DNA from: an uncultured Rhabdochlamydiaceae bacterium
GTDB taxonomy: Bacteria; Chlamydiota; Chlamydiia; Chlamydiales; Rhabdochlamydiaceae
NCBI GenBank assembly: GCA_963712275.1
Contig: CAVQHD010000001.1
Coordinates: 672,001 to 736,000 of the forward strand
Direction of reading: 5' to 3'
DNA: 64,000 bases
Positions 9,304 to 19,506 of this stretch are shown here, in pieces (the stretch's first letter is position 1; each line of letters opens with the position of its first letter). Made by a program: the position numbers and the translations under genes. The notes below the pieces were generated by a model that worked only from the letters and a program-made list of their open reading frames with translations, ran no database searches and was not told the DNA's origin.

Positions 9304-9624
9304 TTAAATTACTGTTACAACTTCCAAATAGTCATCTTTCACTACGACTACTACTTGAACGGTCCGTCCTGCAGAGAACCGTTTTAGTTTAATTCTCCAA
9401 TCTCCGTATTTATCTTGGGTTGGGCCATCTTTACTTTTACCAGATCTCAACACATCGAATATTTGCCGTATCGTTATCTTTCTTTCTCTCATTCGCAACT
9501 GAACATGAGGATTGTCTAAATAAACATTTTCGGATTTTTCGGCTAATTTATGTGTTTTCTTAACCAACTCTTCTAAGGTTCTAAGGAGAAGTCTTTGTGT
9601 TGGTAATGGTATCAACTCTCCCAT
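9304..9624 (-). CDS. DUF4258-like protein, probable RelE-like toxin
   Basis: H-x-x-x-RMRERKI...VLRSG...VVVV...VVTVI pattern; 106 aa, upstream of the HTH gene. Confidence 0.7.
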   Translation of the reverse strand: MGELIPLPTQRLLLRTLEELVKKTHKLAEKSENVYLDNPHVQLRMRERKITIRQIFDVLRSGKSKDGPTQDKYGDWRIKLKRFSAGRTVQVVVVVKDDYLEVVTVI

Positions 9625-9777
9625 CTACTCTCCATGTTAATAGGATTTGCTCAACCTGTCAAGGTGATAGGTCAAAATGATAGGGGCTATCTTTTTAATT
9701 GTCAAAATGATTTTCATTTTGAAGGGCGAATATTTTATAATATACTTAAAATCAAATACATATGGTGGATTGGGGGG

Positions 9778-12700
9778 TTATTTGTCCACTCCATGCTTCG
9801 ACTTAATCTCACGCCATTTTTTGACGATTTGACCAGCGATAGGACCTCCTTCTAATCCGGCTTGGCGGTATCGGAGCGCGACGACAACGACGAGTTCTGG
9901 TTCTTTATCGCCGGGGGGGAGGAAGGCAGAGTCGCTTGGGTAGGCGATGGTGGCAAAACCGACATGGTGTCTCATGACTGCTGGCGCCGCCTTTGAAATT
10001 GATTGCTTATAGAGAATTTGAGCTGTTGCGGTTTTGCCGACAAGGTCGCGGTGGACCTCGAGATAATCTCGAAGGGAAGAGGGGTGATCGTAGAGGGCGC
10101 GCATCACAGCAGGGCGCGCTGTGCCTCGAGCTCCTGTGACAACTCGGTGCATTCCTTGAAACAAATAATCGAAGATAACAGGGGGAAACGGAATTGATCG
10201 ATCGAGGATGGCAGGTATGACAGTGGTTACGTTTTCTTCTCGATGAACGGTTGTTAAGGGAGAGAAGTCCCAAACAGACTCCTCTAAAAGTTCATGGTGC
10301 AGAACTCGCTCGACCCCTTCGAGTTTTTGGACGATATGGGGTCGAATGACCTCTCCTTGGTTTGCGATGGCTGCCATCATAAGAGCTGTCTGTAGTGGAG
10401 TAACTTCCAAAGTATGTTGTCCGATGGCAAAGGAATAAAGGCCTGTTCGATTTTGGTCGACGTCATCAGGGACTTTGCCTCGCAGCTCTCCTGGCAAATC
10501 GACCCCCGTTTTTTCTCCTAGCCCAAACTGCCTCGCAGTTGCTACAAGGCTCAGAGGATTTTGGATCACGTCACTTGCCACAAGAGAAAAATAGACGTTA
10601 CTCGATTGCTCGAGGGCTCCTTGCAGATCAATCTTCCCAATTCCAGGGTGGGAGCTGCGGGGCAGCCTCCCTCCTTTATAGCTTCGATACAAGGGAGTCC
10701 CATCGGATAGATAACCCAGAATCAGAGAATTTGAGGAAGGAGCGCGCTTCCAGTCATCAATCATGGTAAATGGATTTAAAGATTCTCCTCGTTGCCAACG
10801 TTCCATCAATGTTTGGTAGGCGGGTATCAGCTTAAAAACAGATCCTTGCGGAGAGGTTTGACGGAAGGATTGAGATCGAATATATCCATAGCCGTAGAGA
10901 GGATAAAATGCCTCTGCGAGGTGTTTTTCAAGACATTTTCCATGAGAAGAGCGAAGCAGGGGGTAGTGTTTCTGCAAAGGAGAATTTAACTCCTCGAAGG
11001 AGCGGAGAGTTTTCAGGTAGGCAATCCCCAAGGGAATAGAAAGTATTTCTAATTTTTGACGCAGCAGAGGGTGGGAGTTTTTGAGGAGAGGGTAGTAAGT
11101 TTGCTGCAAAAGGGAGAGATAAGGAGTCAGCCCAGGGTAGTTTTCAAGGAGGATGGGAATCTTCCCCGTCAAAATTGTATAGAGAAAGATGGAGCGGTAG
11201 GTTTTCCAGAAATGAGTCCATAATTTTTGTTTAGCGCGGTCTAGATAGTCGGTGTAAGGTCTCGCATATTTTTTCAGAGCCTTTTCTTGCTCCCGCTCTG
11301 CTTTTAAATACGATTTGAAATGAGTTTCTCTCCAGGTCAAAAAGTCGTGATTCTCAAAAACCTCAGAGAGCTCCTCTTTCATTTGATCAAGAAGACAGGC
11401 AGCTTGTTGTCTTGTCGAAAAATAATCTGAGAGCGATTCGGCTCCGACCGCTTGAATAAGCTCTGGTGTAAAAAGTTCAAGCGGAGCAATGAGATGGCAG
11501 AGCTCTAGCACAAGGTATCGATCTTCTTCTGACGCAATCTCCTTCAAAACCGGATGGTAAATGCCTATCTCTTGAACTTGCAGAGCTAAACGAACCTCCT
11601 GAATCTGGGAAAGAGCCTTTCGAAGAGAGTCTTGATCGGGCAAAATCGCATCTAAATAGGTGCTCCAGGTGAGTGGAAGGGTTTCCTCTAGATAGGCTCC
11701 TTCTATAAAAGAAAAATATTCTCGGCGCAGGGGTCTTTTACCATCCCAGATTTCTCCAATATATTCTTCCGATTCAAGCCATCTCTTCACGCTATATTCT
11801 TTTTCTTTTTTTGTCTGAGGATCGCGCGAAGGGATGAAGTCATTAGGGTTAAAACGGGGATACGACGCAAGCGCCACAATCTCGCCTGTTTTCGGAAGGA
11901 GAGCGATAGCAGCGCTTCCCCGCATCCATTTTTCATTGATGCCTCCATTTGGTTTGCCAAGGCGGGACCCTTCGTTGGAAGCGAGGAGTTGCTCTGCAAA
12001 TTGCTGAAGCTCAGCAGAGAGGGTGAGGGTGATTTTCTTGCCTGGAACTGCTGGGCGAGATCCTGGGAGCTCATGCAAAAAATTTCCCTTCGTATCGATC
12101 TCATAGATATGTTTTCCAACATAGCCTCGAAGTTCTTCTTCATAAAAAGCTTCAACGCCGCTTTTTCCAATCAGATCATTCATCGTGTAAGCTTTTTCTT
12201 GAAGTTCAAAGAATCGGCAAACAACCTCTTCTGGAGAGTTAAATCCTTCCGGTAAAAAGCGGCTTTCCCCTTCCTGTTTTGCTTTGAGATAGTCTTCCAG
12301 AGAATGAAGCTCCTGCGCGATTTTTAAATACTGCGAGGAGTCAATAGGGCCCAGATAACCGATCACATCTCCAGCAATTTTCCCCAAGGGGTATTCTCGA
12401 CGAGAGGTCTTTTCGACTTGAAGCCCCAGCCAATCTTTTTGCAGCCCCTTCAAACGGTAGTATTGTTCTTCGGAGAGGTCTTCTTTGATTACAAAGGGGG
12501 TGTGAGGGAGTAGCGCCGCCTTCCCATGGATCAGATCTTCAATTTTTCTTGCCGAAATCCCTAGTTCTGAGCTGAGCTTCTCTGCTAGTTTTGAAATATA
12601 TTCAACACGGGCAAAATGACGGACTCTTTCCCCTTTGTCATTTTTTTTCCATTGCACCGTTGGAATCTGGCGAATATGGGCGTAGCAAACCGAGGCGTTG

Positions 12701-12933
12701 TACTGGATTTTATTGATCGCTAACGGAATCCCAAACCGATCGTAAATTGTCGCTCGGTCACCCTTTTCAATCACGATGCGCCGCTGCGGCTTCTGAGCGA
12801 GTTTCACATGGTGGTCATGTTGGATCACCGCCAAGTACCAGGCGCGCATCAAGATCAACATCAAACAAAGAGAAATCACATGGAGGACGCGATTGGTTTT
12901 GTCTGAGATGTGCATGAATTGGAATATACACAA
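9778..12933 (-). CDS. Penicillin-binding protein 2 (class B transpeptidase, long chlamydial type)
   Basis: N-terminal TM, RATIYDR, RxYP, GKSGVE, GSVFK (SxxK), SSNVYF (SxN) and GKTATA. An alternative ATG start lies at 12915. Confidence 0.9.
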   Translation of the reverse strand: MCIFQFMHISDKTNRVLHVISLCLMLILMRAWYLAVIQHDHHVKLAQKPQRRIVIEKGDRATIYDRFGIPLAINKIQYNASVCYAHIRQIPTVQWKKNDKGERVRHFARVEYISKLAEKLSSELGISARKIEDLIHGKAALLPHTPFVIKEDLSEEQYYRLKGLQKDWLGLQVEKTSRREYPLGKIAGDVIGYLGPIDSSQYLKIAQELHSLEDYLKAKQEGESRFLPEGFNSPEEVVCRFFELQEKAYTMNDLIGKSGVEAFYEEELRGYVGKHIYEIDTKGNFLHELPGSRPAVPGKKITLTLSAELQQFAEQLLASNEGSRLGKPNGGINEKWMRGSAAIALLPKTGEIVALASYPRFNPNDFIPSRDPQTKKEKEYSVKRWLESEEYIGEIWDGKRPLRREYFSFIEGAYLEETLPLTWSTYLDAILPDQDSLRKALSQIQEVRLALQVQEIGIYHPVLKEIASEEDRYLVLELCHLIAPLELFTPELIQAVGAESLSDYFSTRQQAACLLDQMKEELSEVFENHDFLTWRETHFKSYLKAEREQEKALKKYARPYTDYLDRAKQKLWTHFWKTYRSIFLYTILTGKIPILLENYPGLTPYLSLLQQTYYPLLKNSHPLLRQKLEILSIPLGIAYLKTLRSFEELNSPLQKHYPLLRSSHGKCLEKHLAEAFYPLYGYGYIRSQSFRQTSPQGSVFKLIPAYQTLMERWQRGESLNPFTMIDDWKRAPSSNSLILGYLSDGTPLYRSYKGGRLPRSSHPGIGKIDLQGALEQSSNVYFSLVASDVIQNPLSLVATARQFGLGEKTGVDLPGELRGKVPDDVDQNRTGLYSFAIGQHTLEVTPLQTALMMAAIANQGEVIRPHIVQKLEGVERVLHHELLEESVWDFSPLTTVHREENVTTVIPAILDRSIPFPPVIFDYLFQGMHRVVTGARGTARPAVMRALYDHPSSLRDYLEVHRDLVGKTATAQILYKQSISKAAPAVMRHHVGFATIAYPSDSAFLPPGDKEPELVVVVALRYRQAGLEGGPIAGQIVKKWREIKSKHGVDK

Positions 12934-13018
12934 AAGGTAAGATTCGGAGTAAGGGCTCAGCTAGTAGAGGTAGAGGAAAAAAGATCGGGCACGGTAACGT
13001 TCACGAAAGAGAGATAGG

Positions 13019-14689
13019 CTACCTCCTTAATAAGACTGGGATGAAATGATCTTGGCAACAGACTAAGGTAACGGTTAAGGTATACTCGGAGTGAAAGTTT
13101 TTGAAAGGATAGGATAAAGGATAGGACATAGAGTTTGAGTAGATAGAATCGGGGCGGTGGTTTTCAGAAGGATAGGAAAGAGTTACGGATTTAATTAATT
13201 TTTCTATTCTGTTTTTATATGAAAGTTCTAATAGTTCTTTGTTAGAATTATCTTCTTCCATCTGTTTTTTAAGGTTTATAAGTGTTTCATCGCCGATAAG
13301 CGCAGAGTGTTCGACACTTAAATATATAACTTCTAAGTTAAATTGATATTTTTCGCATAAAATGCCTGTATTAATAAAGAGATTTCCTTTTAAGGAATCC
13401 TCAGGAGCTCCTGGATCTGTTTCCCTTAACTGTTGTAGTTCGTCATAAGGATAGCGAACATATTTTTTAAACTTTTCAAAGTGCTCAGTTGCCGCAGCCT
13501 GAGTACTTATATGGAAAGAGAAATGGTCCTTAACCCACTTTGCAGTCACGGGATTTTCAAGGGCAGCAGCCACAGCTTGGCGGAGAGACTGTATAGATAC
13601 AGCAAGTTTTTTCTCTTGAAGCACCTGAGCAAGGGCATCGTAAAAAGAGTCTCCATTAGAAGCGGCTTCTCCCAGACGTTGGGTAGAAGGAAGACATATT
13701 TTTTCCTTACAGGCATCCCTCTGGAGAGTGTTCAATGTCAATTCCAATCGTTCGAAAGGTTTTTTTACAACAACTTCCGTTGTCTTTTTTTCAGCCTGAT
13801 CTTCAAAAACAGGGACGAAATGGTCTTGGCAAAGGGCTAAGGTATATCGATCAGCATAGCGGATGTCGCGAGGATAGGTGTAGACCTCGGTTTCGATCAG
13901 TTGTTCTATCCTTTTTGTGTACAAAGAGCCTAAGGATCTGCTCACGGAATCAGCCTTTTCCATCTGGCTCATAAGACTTGCAAGTGTTGCATCTTCATTA
14001 AGTACAGTCTGTGGGACACGTGAATAGATAACAATTAAGTTAATTTTATATCTTTTGCAGAAAAGCTCTGAATTAATATAGAGATTGCCTTCAATGGCGT
14101 CCTGAGGTGCTTCCGGATCTTCTTTTCTCAGCTGTTGTAGTTCGTCATGAGAATAGCCGACATATTTTTTATAATTTTCAAACAGCTTAGTTACTGCCGT
14201 ATCGGGAGTTTCTTTATTGGGACCTAAGTAACTTTTAACAACTCTTTCAATCTCAGGATCTTTAAGATCAGTAACTATCCCTTGACGGAGAGACTGTATG
14301 GATGCATCAACCCCCTGATTCCGCATAACTTGAGCAAGCGCATCGTAAAAAGAATCTCCATTATAAGCGGCTTCTCCTATCTGTTGGTCCCAAAACCGCT
14401 CGTTGGAAGCAAGAAATTGTCGATTTGCTTTTTTGCAGGCATCCCATTGAATGCTTTTCAAGATGGATTGCAAGGTCTCTGGCTTAACAACAATTTTCGT
14501 TGCTTTTTTCTCGGTTGGAGAAAGATCCCCCTTGCCCTTTTTTGAGTATGCTCTGGAAATGAGGTAGCAGGAAAGTGCGGCTAGGAGCCCCAAAGCTGAG
14601 AGGACAGCCCAGGAAGTTTTATCCAATCGGGTAAAAATTTTTGGAATTTGAAGGATCTGACCTGAAGAGAGACCAATTGCATTTGTCAT
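13019..14689 (-). CDS. Membrane-anchored protein with two OTU-like domains (catalytic Cys replaced by Ser)
   Basis: N-terminal hydrophobic helix. The motifs NGDSFYDALAQ...SLRQ...CQDHF(V/I)PV occur twice and match the OTU Cys-box and His-box. Confidence 0.7.
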   Translation of the reverse strand: MTNAIGLSSGQILQIPKIFTRLDKTSWAVLSALGLLAALSCYLISRAYSKKGKGDLSPTEKKATKIVVKPETLQSILKSIQWDACKKANRQFLASNERFWDQQIGEAAYNGDSFYDALAQVMRNQGVDASIQSLRQGIVTDLKDPEIERVVKSYLGPNKETPDTAVTKLFENYKKYVGYSHDELQQLRKEDPEAPQDAIEGNLYINSELFCKRYKINLIVIYSRVPQTVLNEDATLASLMSQMEKADSVSRSLGSLYTKRIEQLIETEVYTYPRDIRYADRYTLALCQDHFVPVFEDQAEKKTTEVVVKKPFERLELTLNTLQRDACKEKICLPSTQRLGEAASNGDSFYDALAQVLQEKKLAVSIQSLRQAVAAALENPVTAKWVKDHFSFHISTQAAATEHFEKFKKYVRYPYDELQQLRETDPGAPEDSLKGNLFINTGILCEKYQFNLEVIYLSVEHSALIGDETLINLKKQMEEDNSNKELLELSYKNRIEKLIKSVTLSYPSENHRPDSIYSNSMSYPLSYPFKNFHSEYTLTVTLVCCQDHFIPVLLRR

Positions 14690-14752
14690 GCAAATATCAT
14701 GCCTTTTTTATGAATTTTCAGGAAGGAAAGTTTTTTCTTGAATTATTCGCTC

Positions 14753-14781
14753 TTGGAAAAAAGAAGCATATCGGTTACATT
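14753..14781 (+). promoter_or_regulatory. Putative sigma66 promoter for tRNA-Gly/rpsB
   Basis: TTGGAA, 17 bp spacer, TACATT, ending 14 bp upstream of tRNA-Gly. Confidence 0.35.
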
Positions 14782-14795
14782 TTCCATCTTAAAAC

Positions 14796-14866
14796 GCGCC
14801 TGTAGTTCAATGGTAGAACCGTAGCCTTCCAAGCTACTTGTGTCAGTTCGATTCTGACCAGGCGCT
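14796..14866 (+). tRNA. tRNA-Gly(TCC)
   Basis: Acceptor stem GCGCCTG/CAGGCGC, anticodon arm GTAGC-CTTCCAA-GCTAC, T-loop TTCGATT. Confidence 0.95.
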
Positions 14867-14911
14867 TTTTATGATATTAAACCCAAGACCGAAATCTATC
14901 CCGCTAGAGGG

Positions 14912-15751
14912 GTGGATGCCGTGTCGAATGTAACAAACGAGGGACAAGGCTTGGCAAAGCAACAACAAGAAAATAAAGCACAGCAACAAAATACTGTTGT
15001 TAGTGTGAAGGAATTATTAGAATGTGGTGCCCATTTTGGCCACCAAAAACACCGTTGGAATCCGAAGATGAAGCGATTCATTTTCGAAGAGAGAAACGGA
15101 ATCTACATTATCGATCTTGCAAAAACCGCCCAACAGATTCGAAAATCGGTTGAAGTGGTAAGAGAAATGGTCTCCAAACGAAAATCAATTCTCTTTGTAG
15201 GGACGAAAAAACAGGCAAAGCCTGTTGTCAAAGAATGTGCAGAAGCCTGTGGAGAATTTTATGTTTGTGAGCGTTGGCTTGGAGGAATGCTCACAAATCT
15301 TTCAACCATTCGGCAATCTGTAAAAACCCTTGAGCGTATTGAAAAACGGATAGCGTCGGGAGGTGAAGGGTTTACGAAGAAAGAAATGATTTTGATGTCC
15401 AAGGACCAAATCAAGCTGAGTAAAAACCTTTCTGGAATTCGGGCTATGAGAAAACCCCCGGGATTACTCATTGTTGTTGACCCCGGAAGAGAACATATTG
15501 CCGTTGCAGAAGCATGTAAGCTTGGAATTCCCGTGATGGCGCTCGTCGACACAAATTGTAATCCAGATCCTATCGACTATGTCATTGCTTGCAACGACGA
15601 TGCTCTAAAAAGCATTAAGCTGATTGTGCAAGCCCTGACACAAGGGATTATCGATCGTAAAAATGAAATGAATATCTCCTCTGGAAAGGATGGGGAAGAG
15701 GCAGAAGATGCCGAGGAAAATGGCTCGTCTGAAGAAGAGGAGTCGCAATGA
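14912..15751 (+). CDS. rpsB: 30S ribosomal protein S2
   Basis: GAHFGH..RWNPKM, RWLGGMLTN and DTNCNPD motifs. The exact start is uncertain. Confidence 0.97.
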   Translation: MDAVSNVTNEGQGLAKQQQENKAQQQNTVVSVKELLECGAHFGHQKHRWNPKMKRFIFEERNGIYIIDLAKTAQQIRKSVEVVREMVSKRKSILFVGTKKQAKPVVKECAEACGEFYVCERWLGGMLTNLSTIRQSVKTLERIEKRIASGGEGFTKKEMILMSKDQIKLSKNLSGIRAMRKPPGLLIVVDPGREHIAVAEACKLGIPVMALVDTNCNPDPIDYVIACNDDALKSIKLIVQALTQGIIDRKNEMNISSGKDGEEAEDAEENGSSEEEESQ

Positions 15752-16602
15752 CCTCTACAAAAGTGACTCCTGATATGGTTAAGCAGCTCCGTGAAAGAAC
15801 AGGCGTTGGCATGGGCAAATGCAAAGAGGCCCTAGACCAAGCGGGCGGAGACATGGAAAAGGCGATCGACCTCCTCCGAAAGGCTGGGATGGCCTCTGCT
15901 GTCAAAAAAGAAGGGCGCGAGACAAAGGAAGGCGTTATCGCCTTTGCTGAAACAAGCGATGCCATTGCGCTTGTTGAAATTAATGCTGAGACAGACTTTG
16001 TCGTTCAAAATGATAAGTTCAAACAATTTGCAGCTGAAATTGCTCAGCAAGCGGCGAAAACAAAGCCGGCGACACTAGAAGCGCTTCTTCAAGCTCCTTC
16101 TCAGCAAGACAAATCACTTACTCTCGATCAATATCGAGCGATTGTGATGCAGAGCTTGGGGGAAAATATTAAAGTGAAACGGCTCGAAGTTTTTTCCAAA
16201 GCGGCAAATAAATCATTTGGGCTCTACTCCCATATGGGCGGCAAAATTGTGACGCTTGTTGAAATCGATGGAAAGTCAGGGCATGAGCCTTTTGCTCGCG
16301 AAATCGCAATGCACGTCGCAGCAGAGTCCCCTGAATATTTGAAGGCCGAAGAGGTTCCTGCCAGTGTTAAAGCAAGAGAAGAGGAGATCGCCCGCAGCCA
16401 GGTCACAGGAAAGCCTCCCCAAATTGTCGATAAAATTGTCGCAGGGAAGATGGAAGCTTTTTATACTCTGGTCTGTCTGCTCTCTCAAAAGTTTGTCAAA
16501 GATAATTCGATTACAATTGCAAATCTTGTCGCTGGGGAAGCGAAAAAGGCAGGACATCCTCTGACTCTCACGCGGTTTGTTCGATGGAAAGTCGGAGAGT
16601 AG
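15748..16602 (+). CDS. tsf: Elongation factor Ts
   Basis: VKQLRERTGVGM..CKEAL, ETDFV and AMHVAA motifs. Confidence 0.97.
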   Translation: MTSTKVTPDMVKQLRERTGVGMGKCKEALDQAGGDMEKAIDLLRKAGMASAVKKEGRETKEGVIAFAETSDAIALVEINAETDFVVQNDKFKQFAAEIAQQAAKTKPATLEALLQAPSQQDKSLTLDQYRAIVMQSLGENIKVKRLEVFSKAANKSFGLYSHMGGKIVTLVEIDGKSGHEPFAREIAMHVAAESPEYLKAEEVPASVKAREEEIARSQVTGKPPQIVDKIVAGKMEAFYTLVCLLSQKFVKDNSITIANLVAGEAKKAGHPLTLTRFVRWKVGE

Positions 16603-16605
16603 TGC

Positions 16606-17328
16606 ATGGCGAAAAAATCCCTCTACGGCCGAATTTTGTTAAAGGTGTCGGGCGAGGCGCTGCTCGGTTCTGAAAAAAGTGGAATCGATCCAAAAGCAGT
16701 CTTGAGTCTTGCTCGGCAAATTCATGAAATTCAGCATCTCTCTGTGCAAGTGGGAGTTGTCATTGGGGGAGGAAATATTTTTCGCGGGGCCCAAGCAAAA
16801 ACATTAAAGATTTCTCGTGAAAAGGGAGATCAAATTGGCATGGTGGCAACCGTCCTTAACGGGATGCTGCTGGTGGAAGCCCTTCAATCTCTCGGCTGCC
16901 CTGCTGCGATTCAAGGAGCCTTTGCATGCGGCTCCTTTGTCCCTATAGGGGATGGAAGCGATGCCATCCGTCTTCTTGAAAAGAAAACTGTTGTTGTTTT
17001 TGGGGGTGGGACGGCTCTTCCTTACCTGACGACAGATACAGCGGCAGCGCTTCGAGCATGTCAAATCAAAGCCGAGGTGCTCATCAAAGGGACAAAAGTG
17101 GATGGAGTCTTTGATCAAGATCCAGCAAAACATACAAAGGCCCGGCAGCTTGAGAAGCTCACCTATGCCGATGTGCTTTGCCAGCAGCTCGGTGTGATGG
17201 ATGCGGCGGCCGTTACTCTTTGCCGTGAGAATAAAATTCCTATTCATATCTTAAATATCTTCAAGAAAGGCGCTCTTCTATCTGCTGTCCAGAGTCAGCG
17301 GGGAGGGTCATTTGTGACAGGAGATTGA
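16606..17328 (+). CDS. pyrH: UMP kinase
   Basis: RILLKVSGEAL, GGGNIFRG, TTDTAAALRA and KVDGVFDQDP motifs; rpsB-tsf-pyrH-frr order. Confidence 0.96.
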   Translation: MAKKSLYGRILLKVSGEALLGSEKSGIDPKAVLSLARQIHEIQHLSVQVGVVIGGGNIFRGAQAKTLKISREKGDQIGMVATVLNGMLLVEALQSLGCPAAIQGAFACGSFVPIGDGSDAIRLLEKKTVVVFGGGTALPYLTTDTAAALRACQIKAEVLIKGTKVDGVFDQDPAKHTKARQLEKLTYADVLCQQLGVMDAAAVTLCRENKIPIHILNIFKKGALLSAVQSQRGGSFVTGD

Positions 17329-17331
17329 TTC

Positions 17332-17871
17332 ATGTTTGAAAATGAAGCTAAAACAAAAATGCAGGCGGCGCTCGACCATTTTAAGCAGGAGCTTAAAAAT
17401 CTTCGAACAAATCGTGCAAATCCGGGGATAGTTGAAGGGGTTTCCGTTGAGGTCTATGGGACCCATATGAAGGTAAAAGAGCTGGCAAATATCACTACGC
17501 CAGAAGCACGGCAAATTTTGATTACTCCCTTCGATCCTCAAACCATCGTTCCCATTGTAAAAGGGATCGAAAAAGCCAACCTTAACCTACAGCCCATTAG
17601 CGAAAAAGGAGCAATTCGAATTGCTGTTCCTCCAATGGATCAGGCCACGCGGCAAGAGATTGTAAAACAAGGGAAAAAGAAAGCCGAAGAGACCAAGATT
17701 ACTCTGCGGGATATCCGCCGCGATGCCATTAAAGAGGGAAAATCTTCTGAGGAGCTGACAGAAGATATGATGAAAAAATTTGAGAAAGCGATTCAAGAGC
17801 TCACAGATAAATTTTGCAAGCAGGTTGACGACCTTTTCTCTGCCAAAGAGAAGGAAATTATGGCAGTTTAA
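17332..17871 (+). CDS. frr: Ribosome recycling factor
   Basis: LRTNRAN, VEVYG, RDIRRD and KEKEIM motifs. Confidence 0.96.
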   Translation: MFENEAKTKMQAALDHFKQELKNLRTNRANPGIVEGVSVEVYGTHMKVKELANITTPEARQILITPFDPQTIVPIVKGIEKANLNLQPISEKGAIRIAVPPMDQATRQEIVKQGKKKAEETKITLRDIRRDAIKEGKSSEELTEDMMKKFEKAIQELTDKFCKQVDDLFSAKEKEIMAV

Positions 17872-17913
17872 TGAGCCGCTGCATATAATGTTTTCTCTCT
17901 CAAATGAAAAAAT

Positions 17914-17988
17914 GGCCCCATCGTCTAGCCCGGTCTAGGACACCAGATTTTCATTCTGTGAACAGGGGTTCGAATCCCCTTGGGGTCA
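17914..17988 (+). tRNA. tRNA-Glu(TTC)
   Basis: GGCCCCA...TGGGGTCA acceptor, anticodon loop TTTTCAT, GGTTCGAATCC T-arm. Confidence 0.93.
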
Positions 17989-17996
17989 ATGCTTTT

Positions 17997-18070
17997 GAGA
18001 CTTTAGCTCAGTTGGTTAGAGCACCTCACTTTTAATGAGGGGGTCGATGGTTCGAGTCCATCAAGTCTCA
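17997..18070 (+). tRNA. tRNA-Lys(TTT)
   Basis: GAGACTT/AAGTCTC acceptor, CCTCA-CTTTTAA-TGAGG anticodon arm, GGTTCGAGTCC T-arm. Confidence 0.95.
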
Positions 18071-19506
18071 ATATTTTTAAAAATGTCTTCTAACGTGATA
18101 ATCCGATCAAAGTAAGCTCGAGCAAGTAAAGCATCAGTGGCTCCGCTGGCGCTGATTAACACTTTCTCAATAGTCTTATTTTTTAAGTCGGAAAGCTGGG
18201 ATAATTTCTTTTCAAACTCTTCAATGACGTCGGTACTCGTCTTGCTCAGAGTATACTTGATTTCACAGATGGTTAAGACGTGGTCTGCACGATCGAAAAC
18301 CAGATCAATCTGATAGCCCGATTGCTCGGTGCTTGCACGGTTAAAGAAAACACCACTTTTATAGCGCACGGCAGAAAATCCGATAATCGTGGCAATCATC
18401 AGGCTGTTCTGACGACAAAACCTCTCGAAGGAGAGTCCTAACCATTTCTGATACGATTCTTTGTTGAGTGCATGTAGGGGTGAGCGGTTGTAGTCTCCCT
18501 GTTGGATCCTTTCAGTCAAAGGAGATATAAATTTGAAATAAAATCTTAAGTAGCTATCGGCAATGCAGTACCTAACCAAAATGCTCTTGCTATCGGCTTG
18601 ATAAGGTAGATACCGTTCAATAAACCCACACATTTCAAGGTCTTGGAGGAGATTTGTAAGGTTGCCGCCTCCTTTTATATGAAGAGCTTTTTCTAGATCT
18701 TTTTTACTCGCAAATTTGACCTGGCTTAAATAATCGACAATCTCCTGATAGTGTCCTTTGGTCGCAAAGCTGCTAATGAAAATCCGTTTTTTTTCGTTGC
18801 TGAAGTAGCTGTCCTTCTTAAAACTCTCTTCGCAGATACCGACTTGGACGGATGAATATTTGTTGATCCGTTTCAGATATTCGGGTATGCCACCTACCGT
18901 GAGATAAGCATCCATGACCTCGCGATGAGATCTATTTCCCAAGAGCGTTTGCGTCTCATTTAGCGAAAACTCTCTTAAATTTAACTCATAGATGGAACGG
19001 TTGTAGAGAGCTTTCGAATGGACGACTTGATTTTGCATAAACGAAGGGGATGAGCCACATAAAATCAGTAATAGATTAGGATTGTGCCGTAATGTGTTAT
19101 CCCATACATATTTTAGATCGGAAATCAGCTCATTTTTATACTCGGCAAGCCATTGCACCTCTTCGAGATAAAGAGTCCATTTCCCCACCGAAATCTTGGA
19201 GGCAATGAAGTCGAATAGCTCAAGCCACGTGTTAAACCGTATATGAGTCAGATGCTTATCATTTAGCGCTTTTGAGAGTTGGTAAAGAACGCGGACCATT
19301 TGTGCCTCGGTGTTGCCGTCTTCTACACCTTCAAGCTTAAGAAGATTTCGAGCATGCAACGCATATTCGATCAGTTCTGTCTTCCCGACACGCCTTCGGC
19401 CATAGACAACCAGAATAGCCGCTTCACCTAGCTCGGCTGCCTCCTGAATGTATTTGAGTTCCCCTTTTCTCCCAATAAATCGAATCTTTTTCCGCAGCTT
19501 TGACAT
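18061..19506 (-). CDS. AAA+/P-loop ATPase (COG1672-like) with a C-terminal PD-(D/E)XK-like domain
   Basis: FIGR, Walker A GRRRVGKT, Walker B LYLEE, CGS, GGIP.YL, and C-terminal QIDLV...ICEIK. Confidence 0.85.
   Translation of the reverse strand: MSKLRKKIRFIGRKGELKYIQEAAELGEAAILVVYGRRRVGKTELIEYALHARNLLKLEGVEDGNTEAQMVRVLYQLSKALNDKHLTHIRFNTWLELFDFIASKISVGKWTLYLEEVQWLAEYKNELISDLKYVWDNTLRHNPNLLLILCGSSPSFMQNQVVHSKALYNRSIYELNLREFSLNETQTLLGNRSHREVMDAYLTVGGIPEYLKRINKYSSVQVGICEESFKKDSYFSNEKKRIFISSFATKGHYQEIVDYLSQVKFASKKDLEKALHIKGGGNLTNLLQDLEMCGFIERYLPYQADSKSILVRYCIADSYLRFYFKFISPLTERIQQGDYNRSPLHALNKESYQKWLGLSFERFCRQNSLMIATIIGFSAVRYKSGVFFNRASTEQSGYQIDLVFDRADHVLTICEIKYTLSKTSTDVIEEFEKKLSQLSDLKNKTIEKVLISASGATDALLARAYFDRIITLEDIFKNIET

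Noticed and set aside
9913..9919. G7 tract as a phase-variation site
   Set aside because: It is short and in frame within pbp2 (Leu-Pro-Pro codons), with no frameshift.
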